Part shown: piece by piece, positions 8,114-14,593 of the stretch
Numbering within the stretch: the first letter of the stretch is position 1
How the letters are laid out: each line of letters starts with the position of its first letter
From: an uncultured Acidobacteriota bacterium
GTDB lineage: Bacteria; Acidobacteriota; Vicinamibacteria; Vicinamibacterales; UBA2999
Direction: 5' to 3'
NCBI GenBank assembly: GCA_963789815.1
Contig: CAWBMG010000002.1
Coordinates: forward strand, 65,997-97,996
DNA: 32,000 nt
Made by a program: the position numbers and the translations under genes
The notes under the pieces: model-generated
Told to the model about the DNA's origin: nothing
What the model saw: only the letters and a program-made list of their open reading frames with translations
Databases searched by the model: none

Positions 8114-8599
8114 ATGTCATGGGAAGTATTGCTGCCCCTCGCGTCGCGCCTGGGTAGCACGCCGTTTGCTCTGTGGCTTGGACAGTCGACGTGGCGCATC
8201 GCGTGGCTGCTCACGTTGCATCTGTTCGGCCTCACGGTGCTGCTCGGCACGGTGATTATCTCGAGCCTGCATCTACTCGGTCTCTTTCAGCGGCACAAGC
8301 CGAGGGCACAACTGCGCCAAGAGATCGGTCCCGCGATGCTTGCGGGGCTGCTGCTGATGGTGACGACAGGGGCACTAATCTTTACGGGTGGCGCCGAAGC
8401 GTACTACTCAGGCTACTGGTTCCGCCTCAAGATGGTGCTGCTCTTCGTCACGCTGTCGTTTCACTTTACGATCTACCGCGTAGTCACGAGCGCAGCCGAA
8501 GGGCGATTTCCGCCGATGGCTTGCCGGCTGACTGGTCTCGTCACACTAGTGCTCTGGTTCAGCGTCGGTTGGGCCGGGCGGGTGATTGCGTTCTTGTGA
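8114..8599 (+). CDS. Small 4-TM membrane protein, paralog of 5888..6379
   Basis: ORF 7943..8599 trimmed to ATG 8114 (MSWEVLLPLASRLGSTPFALWLG...). The 5' part of the tracked ORF overlaps the previous gene. See the alignment motifs listed for 5888..6379. Confidence 0.7.
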   Translation: MSWEVLLPLASRLGSTPFALWLGQSTWRIAWLLTLHLFGLTVLLGTVIISSLHLLGLFQRHKPRAQLRQEIGPAMLAGLLLMVTTGALIFTGGAEAYYSGYWFRLKMVLLFVTLSFHFTIYRVVTSAAEGRFPPMACRLTGLVTLVLWFSVGWAGRVIAFL

Positions 8600-8663
8600 G
8601 CCGGCATCGTCGGCACGATGCAAGGATGGCGTCAGGTGAATCGAACACGATGAAGGATGTGAG

Positions 8664-9725
8664 ATGAGGCAGATCAACGTCGGGATTATCGGTACCGGCT
8701 GGTGCGGTGGGATCCGGGCGGTGGCCTGCGCGGCGAGCCCTTGGGTAAAGGAGCTGCACATCGCCGAGATCAAGGAAGAGCGGCTGAGGGAAGTAGCGGG
8801 AATGACCAATCCGCGCACGGCAACGACTGACTACCGCCGCATCATCGAAGACACAGCCGTCGACGCTGTGATGATCTCCACGACCCCAGAGGGGACGCAC
8901 TTCCCGTTCGCCAAAGAAGCCATGCTCGCCGGGAAGCATGTGTTCCTTGAAAAGCCGATCGCGCTCGAGCTCTTGGAGGCCGACGAGCTCATCGCGATCT
9001 CACGTGAGAAGAATCTGTTGTTCACGATTGGCTACTCGCAGCGATTCAACCCGAAGTTCGCGTACGTGAAACGATCTCTCGAGGACGGCACCATCGGGGA
9101 GCCGGTCAGCGCGCTCGTGAGCCGCCACATCACCCGCAGCCTAGGAAAGAAAATCAGCGGTCGCGTAAAGCTATCGCCGGCGGCCATGGAGGCCACTCAC
9201 GACATCGACTTCGTGCTCTGGTGCTTAGCGCCGCGCAAGCCCATTCGGGTGTACGCGCAAGAAGTCAAGAAGATCATGCAATCGCAGTACAACGCATCGG
9301 ATTGTGTCTGGATCGTGGTCACCATGGACGACGGCACCGTGTTCACGATTGGCGCCGGATGGGTGCTGCCGCCGGCGTACCCGAATTTCGCGTCCACCTG
9401 GATTGAGTTCGTTGGCACTGAGGGCGCGGTGATGGTGGATGACACACACCGCGACGTATACGTGACGTCGATGAAGGACGGCATCAGGTTCCCCATCTCG
9501 TCCATGCCTGGCGAAAAGGTCAACCACGTGTACGCCGGGCCTATGGAAGCCGAGACCTTGCACTTCCTTGAAAGTGTCGCCACAGGTAAGCAACCGCTGG
9601 TGACCGCGGAGCACGCGAGGATGGTCATGCAACTGTACCAGGCTGCGGACCAGTCGGCCGAGACCAACCGACCCGTGGAGCTGATCATCACGAGCGAACC
9701 GTCGCTCGCCCCGACGCCCGCGTAG
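8664..9725 (+). CDS. Gfo/Idh/MocA family NAD(P)-dependent oxidoreductase
   Basis: 353 aa. N-terminal Rossmann motif INVGIIGTGWCGGIRA, EKPIALEL motif, C-terminal alpha/beta domain. AAGGA lies upstream of the ATG. Confidence 0.85.
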   Translation: MRQINVGIIGTGWCGGIRAVACAASPWVKELHIAEIKEERLREVAGMTNPRTATTDYRRIIEDTAVDAVMISTTPEGTHFPFAKEAMLAGKHVFLEKPIALELLEADELIAISREKNLLFTIGYSQRFNPKFAYVKRSLEDGTIGEPVSALVSRHITRSLGKKISGRVKLSPAAMEATHDIDFVLWCLAPRKPIRVYAQEVKKIMQSQYNASDCVWIVVTMDDGTVFTIGAGWVLPPAYPNFASTWIEFVGTEGAVMVDDTHRDVYVTSMKDGIRFPISSMPGEKVNHVYAGPMEAETLHFLESVATGKQPLVTAEHARMVMQLYQAADQSAETNRPVELIITSEPSLAPTPA

Positions 9726-9745
9726 ACCGTCAACCCGAGGCACAC

Positions 9746-11090
9746 ATGGAAAGCACCGGCCGCACGGTTGTCGGCGCCTTGGCGCACGCTGCTCAGGACA
9801 GAGCAGCAGCGCGACCGACCCGCACGCGGTGGTGGATGCTAGTCCTGTTCAGTCTCATGTACCTGATCGCGTACCTCGATCGCGGAATCATCTCGGTCGC
9901 GCAGCCCGAGATGAGAGCGTCCTTCGGCCTATCACTCGGTCAAATGGGACTCGTCCTTGCGGCTTTCACATGGGCCTATGCGATCGGTCAAGTGCCGGTT
10001 GGTTGGCTTGGCGACCGGTTTGGTCCGAAAAAGAGTACTAACAGTGCTGCTCGCCTGGACGTCGACGGCAGCTATGCTGACCGGCGCCGCGACCGGCTTG
10101 ACGTCCTTGTTCACTGCGCGTTTCCTGCTTGGCGTCGGCGAAGCCGGTGCCTTCCCGGTCGCCAGCCGGGGCATGCAGCTCTGGTTCGCTCCGTCGGAGC
10201 GCGGGCGCATCCAGGGAATCACTCACTTCTTCAGCCGTTTTGCCGTCGCAATCACGCCGCTCACGGCCGGTGGCCTGCTTGTGGCGTACGGCTGGCGAGC
10301 GATGTTTTTCTTCTTCGGCGCGATCGGGTTTATCTGGGTGCTGGCCTTCGCGTGGTTCTATCGCGAGAGCCCGGAAGATCATCCTCACGTCAACCCCGCG
10401 GAGCTAGCGGAGATTCGCGGCGTGAACCCGGACGGCAGCGTGAAAGGAATGAATCTGTCGAAGCCAAGAACCCCCTGGCGGCAGATTCTGACCGCACCGA
10501 ACATGTGGTGGATTGCGCTCGGCTACTGCTGCTTCTTCTTCGGAACCAACTTCTACTTGACCTGGTACCCGACCTACCTCCGCGAGTATCGAGGCCTCTC
10601 GGTCGCTGCGCTCGGGTTCTGGGGATCGATTCCCCTCGTTGCGGGCATGCTCGGTGATGTCGTCGGGGGATCGCTGTCCGATTTGATCCTCAAGCGGACG
10701 GGCAAGGCGAAGCTGGCACGCCGCGGCATCGCTGCACCCGGCTTCCTGCTCGCCGGAGCGTTCCTCATTCCTGCCGCCATGGCTACGAATGTGACGACCT
10801 CCATCCTCTTCCTCGCGATGTCGTTCTTCTTTCTGGAGTGGGTCATCGGTCCGGCCTGGGCGGTGCCGATGGACGTCGGGGGCCGCTTCAGCGGGACGGT
10901 GACCGGCATCATGAACATGGCCGGTGCACTAGCGGCGTCATTCACACCCATCGTGTACGGCTCCCTCTTCGGACGCGGCTACTGGGTAGCGCCGTTCATG
11001 GTCAGCGCTATCGTGCTGGGCATCGGCGCGCTGATCTGGATGTTCCTGATCGATCCAGACAGGAGCGTCGTGGAAAGGAGGGCGCAATGA
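9746..11090 (+). CDS. MFS transporter (ACS / sugar-acid transporter-like), apparent +1 frameshift at 10028..10035
   Basis: The N-terminal 96 aa in frame 2 (…YLIAYLDRGIISVAQPEMRASFGLS...VPVGWLGDRFGPK) continue in frame 0 (RVLTVLLAWTSTAAMLTGAATGLTSLFTARFLLGVGEAGAFP... to stop 11090). Removing one A from the run AAAAA (10028..10032) restores GPKRVLTV. Confidence 0.8.
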
Positions 11091-11109
11091 AGGGCTTCCG
11101 CCGGTGGCC

Positions 11110-11697
11110 CTACTTCGACGACTGCGCGTGCGTCCATGCTCGATAGTTCTTCGGCACGTCCAACGCCTTCAGCTTCTTCCATGCCTTCATCGCCTGTTCG
11201 CGAGTCGCCCCCTTCTCGGCAGCCAGAAAGTCGCTCATGAAATTGATATACCTTCCGTGTGGAATCTGCGCGAATCGCTGCTCGGTCTGGTTGAGTCGAA
11301 CATATTCTTCGACCAGGTCTCGATACGTGAGTTTCACCCCATTGACGAGCTGCTCTTCTCGCCAGCGATTGAAACGGTAGCGAACGCCGGATTTTCGCTT
11401 CAGACCCGGAACGCACTTTCGAGCCTCGCGCTCTAGAAACGACTTGGTCTCCTTATCGTTTGTATAGCGCACCACTGCGAGTTCGAGGCTCAGACCTCGT
11501 TCCACGTCCTTGATACCGGAGGTCGATAGGTTTCTCTTGGTGGGGTTCCTGGCCTTGCCTGTCACCAGGAAGGACCTGATTGCTCTCTCGAGCTCATCCT
11601 TCCGGAGCTTACTTGCCGACGGGATCCCGATCGCCTTTCCGAACTCCTTCAGCTGGATCGCGTACCAATACCCATTCTCGAACTGGCTCAAGGTCAT
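11110..11697 (-). CDS. Hypothetical protein with SAP-like N-terminal motif; visibly lower GC than its neighbours
   Basis: ORF 11110..12126 trimmed to ATG 11697 (MTLSQFENGYWYAIQLKEFGKAIGIPSASKLRKDELERAIRSFLVTGK...). The upstream 143 codons are antisense to the methyltransferase gene and look like no protein I know. Confidence 0.6.
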   Translation of the reverse strand: MTLSQFENGYWYAIQLKEFGKAIGIPSASKLRKDELERAIRSFLVTGKARNPTKRNLSTSGIKDVERGLSLELAVVRYTNDKETKSFLEREARKCVPGLKRKSGVRYRFNRWREEQLVNGVKLTYRDLVEEYVRLNQTEQRFAQIPHGRYINFMSDFLAAEKGATREQAMKAWKKLKALDVPKNYRAWTHAQSSK

Positions 11698-11826
11698 CGA
11701 CGTCGATAACTTCGTTCTCCGATTCACAGGGGCTCCATCGCTGGCGTCGTCATTCCCGGGTCGCTCTTGGTCTCGTCGGTCGTACGGATTCTGGCACCCA
11801 AACCGTAAACTTGCCACATCACGCAC

Positions 11827-12585
11827 ATGCGTCAGGTTCTTTACGACCGAATTGGCAGGGCGTACACCTCGACGCGGCATCCCGACCCCAGGATTGCCGC
11901 GGCAATCATGAACGCGCTCGGCGACTCTCACAGGGTGATCAACGTCGGAGCCGGCGCTGGTGCGTACGAGCCCACTGATCGCTCGATTGTCGCGGTAGAG
12001 CCTTCGGCCCGCATGATTCGCCAAAGGAAAGCTGGGGCAGCCTTCGTCGTTCAGGCATCGGCTGAGGCCCTTCCCTTCCGAGATGACACGTTTGACGCCG
12101 CGCTCGCGTTGCTGACAGTGCATCACTGGACGGATTGGCGCCGCGGCTTCGACGAGATGAGACGAGTGGCAGATCGCCTCGTGGCCTTCACCTTCGAGCC
12201 CGGTGACGTCGGCAATTTTTGGCTCACCGATACCTACTTTCCCGAGATCGTCGAGCTCATTCGCGGACGGTGTCCGTCAGTCGCTGATCTCGTGCGCCAC
12301 CTGGGTGAGTGCAGAGTGGACCGGGTCGCTATACCGCACGACTGCGCCGATGGATTCCTCGCCGCGTATTGGCGGCGACCCGAGGCCTATCTCGATCCAC
12401 GGGTACGAGCGGGGATCTCGGGCTTTGCGCTCCTCGACCAAGACGTGGTCGCACGCGGCATTGCGCGTCTCAGGAGAGATCTCGAATCCGGGGCCTGGGA
12501 GGATCAGTTCGGCCACATTCGGCGGCTCGAGGAGCTCGATGTGTGCTACCGACTCTTGGTCACTGACCGGAGTCTCCAGCAATGA
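11827..12585 (+). CDS. Class I SAM-dependent methyltransferase
   Basis: 252 aa. Motif I VINVGAGAGAYEP, then ...EPSARMI...ALPFRDDTFDAALALLTVHHWTD (Methyltransf_11-like). Confidence 0.8.
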   Translation: MRQVLYDRIGRAYTSTRHPDPRIAAAIMNALGDSHRVINVGAGAGAYEPTDRSIVAVEPSARMIRQRKAGAAFVVQASAEALPFRDDTFDAALALLTVHHWTDWRRGFDEMRRVADRLVAFTFEPGDVGNFWLTDTYFPEIVELIRGRCPSVADLVRHLGECRVDRVAIPHDCADGFLAAYWRRPEAYLDPRVRAGISGFALLDQDVVARGIARLRRDLESGAWEDQFGHIRRLEELDVCYRLLVTDRSLQQ

Positions 12586-12644
12586 CCTTGCCACCCCCAT
12601 CGCGCTTGCGCGGCGCCCGGTGAGGCAGGTATCCTGACCTCTCC

Positions 12645-12759
12645 ATGTCGTCGCGGTGCCTGCGCGTCGTCCTCGCGGTTCTCGTCCTTACCGGGACGAG
12701 CGGGGACGGCCGCGTGTAGGCACACGACGGCGAACCCCGGCTCGACGAGCCGCGGGTTC
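12645..12759 (+). promoter_or_regulatory. Candidate leader peptide (24 aa, Val/Leu-rich) plus three hairpins upstream of ilvE (speculative attenuator)
   Basis: ATG 12645 to TAG 12719 encodes MSSRCLRVVLAVLVLTGTSGDGRV. Hairpins: CTCGTCC/GGACGAG (12681-12700), 12711-12729 (imperfect), and GAACCCCGGCTC/GAGCCGCGGGTTC (12732-12759; 12 bp, one bulge, 3-nt loop). No U-tract after the last hairpin, and no convincing SD for the leader. Confidence 0.25.
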
Positions 12760-12806
12760 ATGGTGAATCCCTCGGCTGTCCTGCCCTAGACGCAAGGATG
12801 CCGCCG

Positions 12807-13719
12807 ATGGAATCCGTCATCTACTTCAACCGCGCAGTTTCGGCCTGAACGAGAAGCTACAATCTCGGTACGATCGCGCGCCCTAAACTACGGTCTCGGA
12901 TGCTTCGCCGGAATTCGCGGCTATAAGACCGACGACGGCCGTCAGGTCCACGTGTTTCGCCTCGATCGCCATGTGCGCCGACTGGAGCACTCTGCGCGGA
13001 TCTTGCGGCTGCGTCTATCGGGCCCCCCGTCAGAAATTGCCGACGTGATCGTCGAGCTATTGCGGCGAAACGAGATGCGCGGCGACGTCTACATTCGTCC
13101 GATCGTCTTCGCGAACTCCAACGAGCTCTCGCCCCTGCTGGACCCGGACACCAGCGAAACGGCGATCTTCTGCATGCCGATCGGACGGTACCTGTCAGCC
13201 GAGCCGATCGACGTGTGCGTCTCGAGTTGGTGGCGTGTGCGAGAGAACGCCATCCCCGCGCGCGCGAAGGCCACCGGCGGGTATCTGAACAGCGCGCTCG
13301 CCCGCCGAGAGGCCATGGACAACGGCTACACGGAAGCTATTCTGCTGACGGAGGACGGCCACGTGTCGGAAGGCTCAGCCGAGCACGTGTTTATCGTGCG
13401 CGACGGTCAGCTGATCTCGCCGCCGAGCACGGCCGACAACCTGGACGGGATCACACGTCAGAGCCTTATCACGCTCGCGCGCGAGGAGCTCGACATCCCA
13501 TTCGTGGAACGACCGATCGGGCGTACCGAGCTGTACGTCGCCGAGGAAGTCTTTCTGTGCGGGACAGGTGCCGAGGTCACCCCGGTGCGCTCGGTCGATC
13601 GGCGACAGGTCGGCGACGGCGTGATCGGGCCAATCACCAGGCGTCTGTCTGAGCACTTCGAAGCGGTCGTTCGCGGCCGCGTGCCCAAGCGAGCCGACTG
13701 GCTCACGCCAGTCTGGTAG
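12807..13719 (+). CDS. ilvE: Branched-chain amino acid aminotransferase (fold type IV), apparent +1 frameshift near codon 10
   Basis: The tracked ORF 12952..13719 contains ...RGDVYIRPIVF...ATGGYLNSALARREAMDNGYTEAILL...GSAEHVFIVRDGQLISPP...GITR...EVFLCGTGAEVTPV. The same frame stays open and homologous upstream (EATISVRSRALNYGLGCFAGIRGYKTDDGRQVHVFRLD) but has no start codon. ATG 12807 (AAGGA 8 nt upstream) gives MESVIYFNR in the neighbouring frame, and skipping one base near 12834 joins the two. Confidence 0.8.
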
Positions 13720-13731
13720 GCGAAAGAAGAC

Positions 13732-13836
13732 ATGATGATCATGGGGGACTACTTCAGAGCAGGCATGACGAACGCTGTCAATCAGAACCTTCCGCCGGGA
13801 CGCGCGGCCCAGAGGGCTGGTCGCTCCTTCTCATGA
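13732..13836 (+). pseudogene. Relic of the C-terminal ~25 codons of a carboxymuconolactone-decarboxylase-family gene (copy of 25442..25515)
   Basis: MMIMGDYFRAGMTNAVNQNLPPG versus LMMIMGDYFRVGFMMNAVDQHLPPE in the CMD gene. By hand alignment the DNA is near-identical over about 75 nt, with one 3-nt indel. It starts 12 nt after the ilvE stop and overlaps the PP2C 3' end on the other strand. Confidence 0.5.
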
Positions 13837-14579
13837 CGATGATCGTCTCATCATCCAGAGGCTCTCCGTGTTCGCGAAAGGCACGGAGCGCTGATACGAG
13901 TTGAGTGCCGAGAGCTTCAGCGGAGGTGGATGTCAAGCGCGCGCGCCATATTCATCAGGCCGTCCCGACCGAGTTCATTTCCAGCCGGACTCGTGGCTTC
14001 GGAAACGCCGTCGCTATACAGCACGATAAGGTCGCCTGATTGCGGTTTGACGACTAACCGGAGGTAGGTGACGTCGGCGAGCAGGCCAAGCGGTACACCG
14101 GCCGGTCGCTCTCGCTCGGTTGCGCGTTGCGTCTCAAGCCAGCTCCACTCGTCGCGCGAGGCACGATACCAGAGAGGCGGCGGGTGCCCAGCGTTGGTCA
14201 TGACCACCAGACCCCGACGACCGTGCCACCCGAGCGCCACCATCGTGGCGTAGTGCGCGTCGCCCAGTTCTGCGCGAAGCGCGTGATTGAGATCGCGCAT
14301 CAATGCGGTCTGCTCCAGAGCGCGAAGGTATTGCTGCATGAGCGCTCGAAGTTTCTCGCTGAAAACGGCCACTGCCCGCCCGTGGCCACTCACATCGGCA
14401 AGCGCGATCCGCGAGACGATGCAACTCGGGCAGACTGACACGTAGTGGACATCGCCTCCGGCGCGACCCGGCCCTACTGGCACAGAATGCACCCATGCCG
14501 TCAAACCTGGAAGTTCGACCAGACTCGCGGTCCGCTTGTTACTGGCCCATGTTTCTGCACACTCGAGATGCCTCGTCAT
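13778..14579 (-). CDS. PP2C/SpoIIE-family serine phosphatase, stand-alone catalytic domain, apparent frameshift in a (GC)5 run
   Basis: ORF 13917..14579: GGDVHYVSVC...ALADVSGHG...NAGHPPPLWY...PLGLL...GDLIVLYSDGVSEA. The canonical C-terminus (STSAEALGTQLVSALRAFREHGEPLDDETIIVMRR) is in the adjacent frame, ending at TGA 13780..13778. The switch must occur within GCGCGCGCGC at 13937..13946. Confidence 0.75.
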
Positions 14580-14593
14580 CGACCGCAGCCTGA

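Noticed and set aside
7171-8250. 359-aa minus-strand ORF, one of the longest in the track
   Set aside because: It is entirely antisense to the 311-aa WEGDTLVV gene and the start of the 4-TM gene, both of which have paralog support. Its sequence is Arg/Ala/Pro-rich, typical of spurious antisense ORFs in high-GC DNA.
11698-12126. 5' extension of the 338-aa minus ORF 11110..12126
   Set aside because: It overlaps the methyltransferase gene in antisense and the intergenic spacer, and has no protein-like features. The conserved sequence starts at the internal ATG 11697.
12546-12761. 71-aa minus ORF in the methyltransferase-ilvE spacer
   Set aside because: It has no RBS, overlaps the methyltransferase 3' end, and has Arg/Pro/Ala-biased composition. 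The region is better explained by hairpins on the plus-strand transcript.
12745-12775. GGGTTCATGGTGAATCCC, superficially like a tRNA T-arm (GGTTCGAATCC)
   Set aside because: No acceptor, D or anticodon arms can be built around it. The GGGTTC is the right arm of the 12732-12759 hairpin.
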